Shown in pieces: positions 55,450 to 64,000 of a stretch of 64,000 bases of DNA (positions are counted from its first letter, which is position 1; every line of letters starts with the position of its first letter). The translations under genes and the position numbers were made by a program. The DNA lies in NCBI GenBank assembly GCA_031549605.1, contig JAVBPM010000027.1:1338-65337 (forward strand), read 5' to 3'. The stretch is from Oscillospiraceae bacterium. GTDB lineage: Bacteria; Bacillota; Clostridia; Oscillospirales; UBA929. Below the pieces are notes generated by a model. It searched no databases, was not told the DNA's origin, and worked only from the letters and a program-made list of their open reading frames with translations.

Positions 55450-56235
55450 GTGATACGATACAGTAAATGCAAAGAAGCAAGGAAAACAATCGAAGATGTA
55501 TATAATCATCCAGAGAAATATTTAATTATCCATTATTCATGTGAGAGCTTTATGGACAAGCCTGATGGCGGGACACCAAGGATAACCTCAATTGCGGTAA
55601 GATTTTGTAGCACTTCACAGACAAAGTCTTTTTCAATACATAAAATTGCAGAGCAAAAGCATATGGATTGGAATAAACTTCAAGATAATTACGATATTTG
55701 TGAAAGAGAAATGTTGAAGGATTTCTTTAAATTTGTGAGGGAACACAAAACTTTTGTATGGTTACATTGGAACATGAGAGATGAAAATTACGGGTTTTAT
55801 GCCCTTGAAAACAGGTTTAAGGTTCTTGGTGGAACACCAATTTGTGTTGAGGACAACAGTAAAATAGATATCGCAAGATTATTTGTTAAACGATACGGGA
55901 AATACTATATTCAAAATCCGAAAATTGTCAATTTAGTTCAAAAGAACGGTATGTCACACATGGATTTCTTAACAGGACAAGAAGAGGCAGACGCCTTCGT
56001 AAATAGAGAATACATCAAACTTCACAAATCAACATTGAGAAAAGTTGACCTGTTTTCAAATATGCTGATTGCATCTGCAGAGAAGACACTAAAAACCAAT
56101 GCAAAATGGAAAGATATGTATGGTGTTTCCCCTCAGGGGTTGTACCAGGCTGCAAAAGATAATATATGGTATAATATAGCAGTAGGTGTTGTTGTTTTGC
56201 TTCTTGGTGCTATGCTGGGGCAATTATATAACTGA
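55450..56235 (+). CDS. hypothetical protein with a C-terminal TM anchor (261 aa)
   Basis: GTG start after GGGGGA. Soluble ~225-aa domain with no motif I recognise. C-terminal helix YNIAVGVVVLLLGAMLGQLY. Confidence 0.45.
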   Translation: MIRYSKCKEARKTIEDVYNHPEKYLIIHYSCESFMDKPDGGTPRITSIAVRFCSTSQTKSFSIHKIAEQKHMDWNKLQDNYDICEREMLKDFFKFVREHKTFVWLHWNMRDENYGFYALENRFKVLGGTPICVEDNSKIDIARLFVKRYGKYYIQNPKIVNLVQKNGMSHMDFLTGQEEADAFVNREYIKLHKSTLRKVDLFSNMLIASAEKTLKTNAKWKDMYGVSPQGLYQAAKDNIWYNIAVGVVVLLLGAMLGQLYN

Positions 56236-56326
56236 TTTATTACGCATACGCCCATTTTGTTGCTTTCACCTTAAATGAAAAACCCAAATAAGCCAGTTAT
56301 AACACGCTACGTCGAACACAGGCCGT

Positions 56327-56818
56327 TTATATCTCGAGATACTGCCTACTTATCCCAACATAGTTCTCCTTAAGTAATGTAGTGAATCCTGTCTCCCACC
56401 TTTTCACTGTGCCATGATGCACGCCCAAAACTCTGGCCAACGCAGGTCGCGACAGCCTATTAGCCTTCCGCAATTCTCGAATCTGCTCAGCTTGTCCGTC
56501 GTACAGAAACCTATGGTACGAATCGAGTAAATCAACCACAGCCACCCCAAACAACGCCGCAGCAACCCCCAGCTTGTCCAACGGATACACCGAAATACCA
56601 CGCTCCCAACGTAGATAGGTGCCGGTGTCGATACCAATAGCCGCTGCCACATCTACCTGCCTCAACCTACACTGCCTCCGATAATAACGAAGCTTGTCCG
56701 CCACGGACGCATCAGCCTCCGGCACAACCACGACCTCCACAGCGCCGCTGTATTGTTCCTGTTTGATGACATGGACATACAGCGGCGCATATTTTGTTTT
56801 GCCCTTAACCGTACACAT
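56327..56818 (-). CDS. XRE-family regulator with two HTH domains
   Basis: Two HTH_3-like motifs (RLRQVDVAAAIGIDTGTYLRWERG; RLSRPALARVLGVHHGTVKRWETG). The start is uncertain: ATG 56818 or 56911, neither with a clear SD. Confidence 0.55.
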   Translation of the reverse strand: MCTVKGKTKYAPLYVHVIKQEQYSGAVEVVVVPEADASVADKLRYYRRQCRLRQVDVAAAIGIDTGTYLRWERGISVYPLDKLGVAAALFGVAVVDLLDSYHRFLYDGQAEQIRELRKANRLSRPALARVLGVHHGTVKRWETGFTTLLKENYVGISRQYLEI

Positions 56819-56917
56819 ATAAATAGCGAGCGTATTGCTCACCGCCCACGCCAACCGCCACGGCGATAAATGGGGTGCGTGGTGCGCTGTGTCGCGTTCC
56901 AAAGTTCCCATTTTGAT

Positions 56918-56938
56918 AGTATTGCTTTTTCAATACAT
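56918..56938. other. right attachment junction of the sigK intervening element (core TTT 56927-56929)
   Basis: SigK similarity ends after codon GAA (56931-56929). The local dyad gtattg-cttttt-caatac spans the junction. Confidence 0.6.
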
Positions 56939-57267
56939 CGGCAGGCGTAGGTGGCGAAGCGGGCTCCTTTTTCGGGGTCAAAGGTGAGCACTGCCTTGAT
57001 GAGGCCAATGTTGCCGCTGGACAGCAGGTCCTCGTAGTCGCTTTCGCTGGCGTAGAATTTGCGTGCAATGTGCGTGACCAGCCGCATGTTGTGTTCGATA
57101 AGCGCGTCCTGCGCGCGTTTGTCGCCCTGCTTATAGCGCAGCCACAGCGCCGACTCCTCCTCGCCGGTCAATCGTCGCGGGAAAGAGCCACCACGGCTGC
57201 TCAGTCGCAGGCTGAGGTACAAACTGTGCACCATGAGGGCCAAAGTAATGGAAATTATAGGAAACAC
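56929..57267 (-). CDS. sigK: sigma-K gene, 5' segment (spoIVCB-like; pro-sequence + regions 1.2-2.4)
   Basis: Hydrophobic pro-sequence (M)FPIISITLALMVHSLYLSL, then GDKRAQDALIEHNMRLVTHIARKF and SGNIGLIKAVLTFDPEKGARFATYACRCIE. Similarity stops at E113. The start codon (GTG 57267) is uncertain. Confidence 0.85.
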
Positions 57268-57282
57268 CTCCCAACTCGTTTC

Positions 57283-57313
57283 AGTTTATGAGGTGCCGTT
57301 TTTGTCCTATGTC
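57283..57313 (-). promoter_or_regulatory. candidate mother-cell (sigma-E/sigma-K-type) promoter of sigK
   Basis: Minus strand: GACATA-17 nt-CATAAACT, resembling the CATA-type -10 of sigma-E/K promoters. There is no TTGACA/TATAAT pair here. Confidence 0.3.
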
Positions 57314-57477
57314 TGCTATTTATGCAGGAATTGTCCTAGTTTAGGTTTGGTTTTTGCGCACGTCCTTTCGCGGCGTCCACTCCGACGCGACATTTATACT
57401 TGAGATTTGACGACAATTGCTGTATTATGGTACACAGCGATTTGTGCTGATTTTGGGCATGGGAGGATTATTGGTTG

Positions 57478-59268
57478 ATGGATATGCTGTTTACCATTAT
57501 TTTGCCGTTGCTTGGCGGCGTCGCCATTTTTATCTACGGCATGAACCTAATGTCGGCCGGGCTGGAAAAACTGGCCGGCAGTAAGCTGGAGTATATACTC
57601 GAGCGATTGACCCGCAATCTGTTTACCGCACTACTGCTGGGCATGCTTGTCACGGCGGTCATCCAGAGTTCGTCGGCCACGACGGTTATGGTTGTCGGCT
57701 TTGTCAACGCCCGCATGATGAAGCTCAAGCAAGCGGTCGGCGTCATTATGGGCGCCAACATCGGCACCTGCGTGACCTCGCTGCTGCTGGGGCTGGGCGA
57801 CATCGACAGCAAAAGCGGCGTGCTGGCGCTGATTAAGCCGACCAGCTTTGCGCCCGTCCTGCTGGTAATCGGCGTCGTGTTGTTGATGACGGCCAAGCGC
57901 GGCTTCAAGCGCGACCTGGCCGGTATTTTGCTTGGTTTTGGTATTTTGTTTACCGGCATGCACCTCATGGAGATTGCCGCGGCGCCGCTCAAGGACAACG
58001 AGGGCTTCCGCAACCTCTTTACCATGTTCACCAACCCGCTGCTGGGCATTGCCGTTGGCGCGCTGGTCACGGCCATTATCCAAAGTTCCTCGGCGTCGAT
58101 TGGTATTTTGCAATCGTTCAGCTCTCTGGGCATCATTCCGTTTTCGGCGGCGGCACCCATTATTATGGGCCAAAACATCGGCACCTGTGCCACGGCCATG
58201 CTGTCGAGCATCGGCGCCAACCGCAACGCCAAGCGCGCCGCGCTGGTGCACCTGTATTTCAACCTCATTGGCACCGGGGTTTTTATCGCGCTGTTGTACG
58301 CGCTACACTCGATTATTACGCTGCCGTTTTGGAATGACTCGGTCAACCGCACCGGCATCGCCATGTTTCACCTGGTGTTCAATCTGGTCAACACCGTTGT
58401 GTTGCTGCCGTTCACCGGCCTGTTGGTCAAGCTGGCCAAGCTGACGCTGCCCAGCTCGGAGGACAAGCGCGCCGAGAGCAGCCTGCTGGACGAACGCTTT
58501 TTGACCACGCCGTCGCTGGCACTTGACCGCGCCCGTGCTACGACGGTGGATATGTCGCTGCTGGCTATGGACAACTACCACAGCGCCGTATCGTTGCTGT
58601 GGGATTATGACGAGAAAAAATACCGCAAGCTGATGGAAAACGAGGCCTTGATGGACCGCTACGAGGTCAAAATCGGCCAGTATCTGCTCAAGCTCAACAA
58701 CCACGAGCTGTCGTACGAGGAAACGCGCATGGTTAACGAGCTGCTGCGCAGCGTCGGCGATATGGAGCGCATCGGCGACTACGCTGTCAACGTGGCCGAG
58801 CAGGCCGCCGACAAGCACAGTGCCTTTGTCGGCTTCTCCGATTCGGCCAACCGCGAGCTGGTGCTGATAACCGACGCGGTCGAGGAGCTGTTGGACATCA
58901 CCTGTCAGTGCTACAGCCAAAAGGACGCCGAGCTGGCCGCCAACATCGAGCCGCTGGAGCAGACGGTCGACATGATGACCAGCGAGCTCAAGGAACGGCA
59001 CATAGCCCGCCTGCAACAGGGTCGGTGTACGGCCGAGACGGGCGCGCTGTATCTCGAGCTGCTGATCAATTTGGAGCGCATTGCCGACCACTGCTCTAAT
59101 CTGGGCGTGGCGGTGGTACAAGGCTACGGCCTTGGCCATCAGGGTAGCATTTTTGATACCCACGAGTATATCCGTAAGCTGCACGCGGGCGGCGACAAGG
59201 TGTACGACCGCGTGTATGCTCAGTACACAGAGAAATACGTCGGCGCTATGGAGAAAATTACGCTGTAG
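57478..59268 (+). CDS. Na/Pi cotransporter family protein with PhoU-like C-terminal domain
   Basis: Duplicated NptA motifs (QSSSATTVMVVGF; QSSSASIGILQ) and a C-terminal PhoU-like helical repeat. Confidence 0.85.
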   Translation: MDMLFTIILPLLGGVAIFIYGMNLMSAGLEKLAGSKLEYILERLTRNLFTALLLGMLVTAVIQSSSATTVMVVGFVNARMMKLKQAVGVIMGANIGTCVTSLLLGLGDIDSKSGVLALIKPTSFAPVLLVIGVVLLMTAKRGFKRDLAGILLGFGILFTGMHLMEIAAAPLKDNEGFRNLFTMFTNPLLGIAVGALVTAIIQSSSASIGILQSFSSLGIIPFSAAAPIIMGQNIGTCATAMLSSIGANRNAKRAALVHLYFNLIGTGVFIALLYALHSIITLPFWNDSVNRTGIAMFHLVFNLVNTVVLLPFTGLLVKLAKLTLPSSEDKRAESSLLDERFLTTPSLALDRARATTVDMSLLAMDNYHSAVSLLWDYDEKKYRKLMENEALMDRYEVKIGQYLLKLNNHELSYEETRMVNELLRSVGDMERIGDYAVNVAEQAADKHSAFVGFSDSANRELVLITDAVEELLDITCQCYSQKDAELAANIEPLEQTVDMMTSELKERHIARLQQGRCTAETGALYLELLINLERIADHCSNLGVAVVQGYGLGHQGSIFDTHEYIRKLHAGGDKVYDRVYAQYTEKYVGAMEKITL

Positions 59269-59289
59269 CGGGTAGCGTTTGCCGTCTGT

Positions 59290-59325
59290 CGACCAAGGGC
59301 CGTTTGGCGCTTGGTCGCTGTTTTT
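59290..59325 (+). terminator. probable terminator
   Basis: cgaccaag-12 nt-cttggtcg followed by ctgTTTTT. Confidence 0.5.
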
Positions 59326-59353
59326 CCTGAGAAGAAACATAGGAGTGGTTGGC

Positions 59354-60052
59354 TTGCAGCAAATTCTCAGCTTGGTGCGTCGTTGCGTGCAGGAATACAA
59401 TATGATTGGTGCCGGAGACGGCGTGGCTGTCGGGCTGTCGGGCGGCAAGGACTCGTTGCTGCTGGTGCAAGCGCTGGCGCTGTTGCGTCGGTTTTACCCC
59501 GTGCCCTATTCGCTGCAGGCCATTACCATTGACAATGGCTTTCCCAATGTCGATTTTACGCCGCTGGCCGATTTCTGCGCGGCGCTGGAGGTGCCCTATA
59601 CCATTGTCAAAACCGACATTGCCGAGCTGATCTTTGACATCCGCAAGGAGTCAAATCCCTGCTCACTGTGTGCCAAGATGCGGCGCGGTGTACTGCACGG
59701 TGCTGCTGTTGAGCGTGGCTGTCGTGTTGTTGCGCTGGGTCACCACTATGACGACGCCGTGGAGACGGCGCTGATGAATCTGTTGTCGGGCGGGCGGTTT
59801 GCCTCCTTTGCGCCCAAGAGCTATCTCAGCCGCCGCGATGTCACGCTGATTCGGCCACTGCTGTATGTGCATGAAAAGGACGTCGTGCCACTGGCGCGCA
59901 CGCTGCCGGTGATGAAAAGCCCTTGCCCGGTCGACGGAAAGACCAATCGCGAGGACACCAAGCAGCTGATTAAGAGCCTGCAAAAAACCTATCCGCAGAT
60001 TAAGCAGCGCATCTTTCATGCGCTGCAACAGATGCCCGAATGGAAAAAATAG
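59354..60052 (+). CDS. TtcA-family PP-loop ATPase (tRNA 2-thiocytidine synthase-like)
   Basis: PP-loop GLSGGKDS and CSLCAKMRRG. Start set at TTG 59354 (AGGAG 8 nt upstream), because the track start overlaps the terminator. Confidence 0.7.
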   Translation: MQQILSLVRRCVQEYNMIGAGDGVAVGLSGGKDSLLLVQALALLRRFYPVPYSLQAITIDNGFPNVDFTPLADFCAALEVPYTIVKTDIAELIFDIRKESNPCSLCAKMRRGVLHGAAVERGCRVVALGHHYDDAVETALMNLLSGGRFASFAPKSYLSRRDVTLIRPLLYVHEKDVVPLARTLPVMKSPCPVDGKTNREDTKQLIKSLQKTYPQIKQRIFHALQQMPEWKK

Positions 60053-60087
60053 CAGCTGTGCATCTGCACTGTAGTACAACATGATAA

Positions 60088-60117
60088 AACAGCGGCGGTC
60101 ATCTGACCGCCGCTGTT
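60088..60117. terminator. bidirectional terminator (ttcA-like / rpoD)
   Basis: 13-bp perfect stem aacagcggcggtc/gaccgccgctgtt, loop atct. Confidence 0.7.
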
Positions 60118-60151
60118 GCTATGTACACCGTTGGCGCGTGCACCAAACGGC

Positions 60152-61264
60152 TTAGTTAAGGTAGTCGCGCAGCTTGCGGCTGCGGCTGGGGTGGCGCAGC
60201 TTGCGCAGCGCCTTGGCTTCAATTTGGCGGATGCGCTCGCGCGTGACATTAAACTCGCGGCCGACCTCCTCCAGCGTGCGCGTGCGGCCGTCCTCAATGC
60301 CAAAGCGCAGCTTGAGCACCTTTTCCTCGCGCGGGGTCAGCGAGCCCAGCACATCGAGCAGCTGCTCTTTGAGCAGCGTGTAGCTGGCGGCCTCGGCCGG
60401 TTCGCTGGCGGCCTCGTCGGGGATAAAGTCGCCCAGATGGCTGTCCTCTTCCTCGCCGATTGGCGTTTCGAGCGACACCGGCTCCTGCGCGATTTTCATA
60501 ATCTCGCGCACGCGGTCGACGCTCATGCCCATCTCCTCGCTGATTTCCTCGGGTGAGGGGTCGTGACCCAGCTCCTGCAGCAGCTGGCGCGACACGCGGA
60601 TGACCTTGTTGATGGTCTCCACCATGTGCACAGGGATGCGGATGGTGCGCGCCTGGTCGGCAATGGCGCGCGTGATGGCCTGACGGATCCACCACGTCGC
60701 GTACGTGGAGAACTTGTAGCCCTTGGTGTAGTCAAACTTCTCAACAGCCTTGATCAGGCCGAGATTGCCCTCCTGAATGAGGTCGAGAAACAACATACCA
60801 CGGCCGCCATAGCGCTTGGCTATGCTGACAACCAGACGCAGGTTGGCTTCGGCCAGCTTTATTTTGGCGTTTTCGTCGCCCTCACACATACGGCGCGCGA
60901 GGTCAACCTCTTCGTCGCCGGTCAGCAGCGGCACTTTGCCGATTTCCTTGAGGTACATACGAACAGGGTCGTCTAGGTTAAAGCTCTCGGCCAGCAGGTC
61001 GGTGTTGGCCAGTTCCTCGCGTGGAATTTCCTCGACCTCACTCAGTTCGATGGGCGCATCCTCACTGGGTTCGGCCAGCTCTTCGCCATCACTGAGCTCA
61101 ATGCCGCAGCCCTCGAGATTTTCATACAGCCGGTCAATCTGTTCCGTTTCAATGTCCAGTTCTTCCAGCGCGTCGGCGATATCCTTGTTGGACAGGCTGC
61201 CCTTGCGCTTACCCATCTCAATCAGCTCAAGCATGGCCGAGTGTTTGTCCTGCTGGTCACTCAT
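60152..61264 (-). CDS. rpoD: RNA polymerase primary sigma factor
   Basis: 370 aa with regions 1.2-4.2 ([60 protein letters not shown]). Confidence 0.95.
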   Translation of the reverse strand: MSDQQDKHSAMLELIEMGKRKGSLSNKDIADALEELDIETEQIDRLYENLEGCGIELSDGEELAEPSEDAPIELSEVEEIPREELANTDLLAESFNLDDPVRMYLKEIGKVPLLTGDEEVDLARRMCEGDENAKIKLAEANLRLVVSIAKRYGGRGMLFLDLIQEGNLGLIKAVEKFDYTKGYKFSTYATWWIRQAITRAIADQARTIRIPVHMVETINKVIRVSRQLLQELGHDPSPEEISEEMGMSVDRVREIMKIAQEPVSLETPIGEEEDSHLGDFIPDEAASEPAEAASYTLLKEQLLDVLGSLTPREEKVLKLRFGIEDGRTRTLEEVGREFNVTRERIRQIEAKALRKLRHPSRSRKLRDYLN

Positions 61265-62975
61265 CGTTGTTTCCTCCGTATCCTTTTTTGTTTCGTACTT
61301 GGTTCATCATAATTCTCAGCTGCTCGTCGCCGTCGGCGGTATGTAGCGCCCGCTGGCTCTGCAGCGTTGACACGCAGTCGTGCAGCGCCTGCCGGTTGGC
61401 GGCCTGCGACAGCGGCTTTTGCATCAGCCGCGCCAGCCGTCCCGACTCCTCCGAGGACAAGTCGAGTGCCGCCAGGCCGGCCTGTCCACCCAGCGCATGC
61501 AGACGGGCGAAGATGTCCTTGAGAAAGGGGTCGGTAAAATCGTCGGCCGTCAGGTCGGGTGGCAGCTGTGCCCACATCGAGCTGTCAAGCAGCAGGATGC
61601 GCAGCAAATCCTCCTCGGCCGTCAGCGCCTTGGCTTGTGCGCGCTGGGGGCCGGTGCGGCCGTCGGGGTTTTGCAGCAGCTGGCGCGTTTCCTTCCGCTG
61701 GCGCTGCTTCAGCCTCTTTTTGATTTCAGCGGCCACAACATCGACCGAAACGCCGGCCACCTGCGCGGCGCGGCCGGTGTAGATCTCGCGCTCGATGGGA
61801 CTGCTCAGCGCCACAATGGTCTCAACAGCTTCTTGCAGGTATGCCACGCGGCCCTCGTCGGCCGTCAGGTCGTGGCGCGCCTGCACGCTGGTCAGCGCGT
61901 GGTCGGCATGGCTCTTGGCGTTGTCCAGCAGCTTGGCAAAGGCTTCGCGGCCAAACCTCTGGATAAACTCATCGGGGTCTTTGGCGCCGGTCAGCGATAG
62001 TATGCGCACGTTCAGCCCCGCCTTTTGCAGAATGGGTGCAGCGCGCGCCGCCGCCTTTTGGCCCGCCTCGTCGCTGTCGTAGGCGACGACCGCCTCCCGC
62101 ACATAGCGGGCAATCAGCGCGGCGTGCTGGCCGGTCAGTGCCGTGCCCAGACTGGCGACGGCCGAGTCAAAGCCGGCCTGATAGAGCGCCAGCGTGTCGA
62201 GGTAGCCCTCGGTCAGCACAAAGCGGCCGCTCTTGGTGTTCTTGGCCTCGTGCAGCGCGTACAGCTGTCGGCTCTTGGAAAACAGCAGCGTCTCGGGCGA
62301 GTTGAGGTACTTGGGCGGCGTATCGTCCAGCGAGCGCCCGCCAAAGGCAATCACCCGCTTGCGCACATCGAGGATGGGAAACATCAGCCGGTTGCGGAAC
62401 TTGTCGTAGAAACCGCCCTTGCTGTTCTGCACCAGCAGGCCGGCGGCCAGCAGCTGGCCCTTGTCATGCCCCAGCGCCGTCATGGCGCGCAGCAGACCAT
62501 CCCAGCCGGACGGCGCAAAGCCGACGCCAAACCGCTTGACCATAGTCGGCGACAGGCCTCGCTTTTGCAAGTAGGCGACCGCCGTGTGACTGCCCGGCCC
62601 CGAAAGCTGTGCGTGAAACCAGCGCGCGGCGTCGCGCATGATGGTAATCAGCTGGTCGGTCTGCTTCTGGCGCACGTCGTTGGAGTCCTCGGGCATGGTC
62701 ATGCCGGCGCGCGTGGCAAGAAACTCGATGGCCTCAATAAAGCTGAGGTTTTCGGCCGCCTTGACAAACTGCACAGCGCCGCCGCCGGCTCCGCAGCCAA
62801 AGCAATAGTACATCTGCTTTTCCGGCGTCACGTGGAAAGAGGGCGTTTTTTCGCGATGGAAGGGACACAGTCCAACCCAACTGCCGCCCTTGTGCTGCAA
62901 CGTCGAGTAGCTGCCGATTAGGTCGAGAATATCTGTTTTCAGAATCACCTCGTCTATAAAAGACGTGGGCAGCAT
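61257..62975 (-). CDS. dnaG: DNA primase
   Basis: Zinc finger [13 protein letters not shown]...CFGCG and Toprim EGYLD...DSDEAG. Overlaps the rpoD start (the macromolecular synthesis operon arrangement). Confidence 0.95.
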   Translation of the reverse strand: MLPTSFIDEVILKTDILDLIGSYSTLQHKGGSWVGLCPFHREKTPSFHVTPEKQMYYCFGCGAGGGAVQFVKAAENLSFIEAIEFLATRAGMTMPEDSNDVRQKQTDQLITIMRDAARWFHAQLSGPGSHTAVAYLQKRGLSPTMVKRFGVGFAPSGWDGLLRAMTALGHDKGQLLAAGLLVQNSKGGFYDKFRNRLMFPILDVRKRVIAFGGRSLDDTPPKYLNSPETLLFSKSRQLYALHEAKNTKSGRFVLTEGYLDTLALYQAGFDSAVASLGTALTGQHAALIARYVREAVVAYDSDEAGQKAAARAAPILQKAGLNVRILSLTGAKDPDEFIQRFGREAFAKLLDNAKSHADHALTSVQARHDLTADEGRVAYLQEAVETIVALSSPIEREIYTGRAAQVAGVSVDVVAAEIKKRLKQRQRKETRQLLQNPDGRTGPQRAQAKALTAEEDLLRILLLDSSMWAQLPPDLTADDFTDPFLKDIFARLHALGGQAGLAALDLSSEESGRLARLMQKPLSQAANRQALHDCVSTLQSQRALHTADGDEQLRIMMNQVRNKKGYGGNNDE

Positions 62976-63034
62976 CGGCTCACCACCTTGATAATATTAC
63001 CATTCCAACTATTTATATACGGAAACGTCGAAAA

Positions 63035-64000
63035 TCAGACGTTTGTCCAGCCTTGCGGCACAAAAAGCTCGATATATTTGTTGACGGCGAAGCGGTCTGT
63101 CATGCCGGCAATGTAGTCGCAGGCAGCGCGCCGCACATCGGGCTCAAGCGCGACATACTCTTGCGGCAGCTCGCTCTGGTGGTTTGTGTAGTAGTGAAAC
63201 AGCTGCGCCACAAGCTCTTGCGCCTTTTTCTCCTCGACCTTGGCAATCGAGCCAAAGTAGATGTTGTCAAACAGATAGCGCCGCAGCGCCATCATGGCCT
63301 GCTCGACCTCGGCCGACATGGCGATGTCAGGCTGTCCGTCACTGGTGGCAATCACGTCGCAAATCATGCGGTCAATGCGCTTGCCGTGGCTGTCGCCCAG
63401 CACGGCAATGCAGTCGCGCGGCAGGTCGGACGGCGCAATCAACTCGGCGCGCAGCGCGTCGTCGATGTCGTGGTTGATGTAGGCAATGCGGTCGGCTTTG
63501 TGCACCAGCCGACCTTCCAGTGTGTCGGCCTTGATGGGCCCGGTGTGGCAGAGGATGCCGTTGCGCACCGCTTGCGTCAGGTTAAGCCCGGCGCCGTTTT
63601 TCTCTAGCCGGTCGACAACGCGCAGGCTCTGCTCATTGTGCTTAAAGCCGCCGCAGTCGGCCATCAAAGAGGCCAGCGTCGCCTCGCCGGTGTGGCCAAA
63701 GGGCGTGTGCCCCAAATCGTGACCCATGGCAATGGCCTCGCACAAATCCTCGTTGAGCGACAGCGCGCGCGCCATGGTGCGCGCAATGCGCGACACCTCC
63801 AGCGTATGTGTCAGCCGCGTGCGGTAGTGGTCACCCTCCGGCTTGAGAAAGACCTGCGTCTTATGCATCAGTCGCCGAAACGACTTGCTGTGTGTAATGC
63901 GGTCGATGTCGCGCTGAAAGGCGGTACGGGTGGGACAGGGCGTCTCGGGGCGAGCCCGTACATCGCCCTGTTGGCTGGGCAATCCAACGCGCGACAGCGT
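63035..64000 (-). CDS. dGTP triphosphohydrolase-like HD-domain protein (5' end beyond the window)
   Basis: RTAFQRDIDRITHSKSFRRL, HD motif HDLGHTPFGH. The frame stays open to the window edge, so the track's TTG 63982 start is probably not the real one. Confidence 0.8.
   Translation of the reverse strand, partial: TLSRVGLPSQQGDVRARPETPCPTRTAFQRDIDRITHSKSFRRLMHKTQVFLKPEGDHYRTRLTHTLEVSRIARTMARALSLNEDLCEAIAMGHDLGHTPFGHTGEATLASLMADCGGFKHNEQSLRVVDRLEKNGAGLNLTQAVRNGILCHTGPIKADTLEGRLVHKADRIAYINHDIDDALRAELIAPSDLPRDCIAVLGDSHGKRIDRMICDVIATSDGQPDIAMSAEVEQAMMALRRYLFDNIYFGSIAKVEEKKAQELVAQLFHYYTNHQSELPQEYVALEPDVRRAACDYIAGMTDRFAVNKYIELFVPQGWTNV

Larger units (their letters stand above)
36563..56929. mobile_element. 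skin-like sigK intervening element (~20.4 kb)
   Basis: Bounded by the two sigK halves and a shared AAA core (56927-36563 = 20364 bp). Large serine recombinase at the left edge, lower GC than the flanks, phage/satellite-type cargo. Confidence 0.8.

Noticed and set aside
56839-56928. The last 29 codons of track ORF 56839-57267 (KAILSKWELWNATQ...)
   Set aside because: Sigma-K similarity stops at E113 (56929). The tail is element DNA read through the attachment junction.
57534-59448. 276-, 206- and 381-aa minus-strand ORFs
   Set aside because: All are antisense to the Na/Pi cotransporter gene and have biased, repetitive composition. Shadow ORFs.
62025-62921. 298-aa plus-strand ORF
   Set aside because: Antisense to dnaG. 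Shadow ORF.
1-64000. CRISPR arrays, rRNA genes, IS elements with terminal inverted repeats
   Set aside because: I scanned by eye for regularly spaced short direct repeats, rRNA-like conserved blocks and transposase ORFs and found none. The only long repeats are those reported: the 58-bp IR pair, the 60-bp direct repeat and the 22-bp palindrome.

Overview
This is a high-GC, Clostridia-type chromosome segment from a spore-former; GC values throughout are judged by eye and were not computed.

**1-36.2 kb: ordinary core genes.** These include a phosphohexomutase, a hybrid histidine kinase, nifS-like, aspS-hisS, serA-serC, a HelD-like helicase, capA, gpsA, yifB, desulfoferrodoxin, an LRR surface protein, tRNA-Ala(CGC), a flavodiiron protein and secA. 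They continue with an ABC sugar-uptake operon, rpmG-secE-nusG-rplK-rplA, dCMP deaminase, vanW and an SDR.

**36.2-57.3 kb: split sigK.** The sporulation sigma factor gene sigK is split into a 3' segment (36193-36564) and a 5' segment (56929-57267). The interruption is a ~20.4-kb skin-like intervening element with a large serine recombinase at its left edge. The element carries:
- a cluster of zinc-ribbon/membrane protein paralogs;
- XRE regulators;
- a stand-alone Ser/Thr kinase;
- a P4-type primase;
- a DUF4143-type AAA ATPase.

**Main candidate for a novel system.** A much more AT-rich island is nested in the element at ~47.5-53.9 kb. Perfect 58-bp inverted repeats bracket two convergent genes there:
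- a NodU/CmcH-type carbamoyltransferase;
- a 1088-aa protein with an Mrr-like nuclease, a STAND P-loop ATPase and TPR-like repeats (Avs-like architecture).

A XerC/D-like tyrosine recombinase lies just outside the right repeat. I read this as a candidate phase-variable defence module.

**57.5-64 kb: core genes again.** These are a Na/Pi cotransporter, a TtcA-like PP-loop ATPase, and rpoD-dnaG-dGTPase.

No CRISPR array or rRNA was seen. Many long ORFs in the track are antisense shadows of real genes in GC-rich DNA and were not called.
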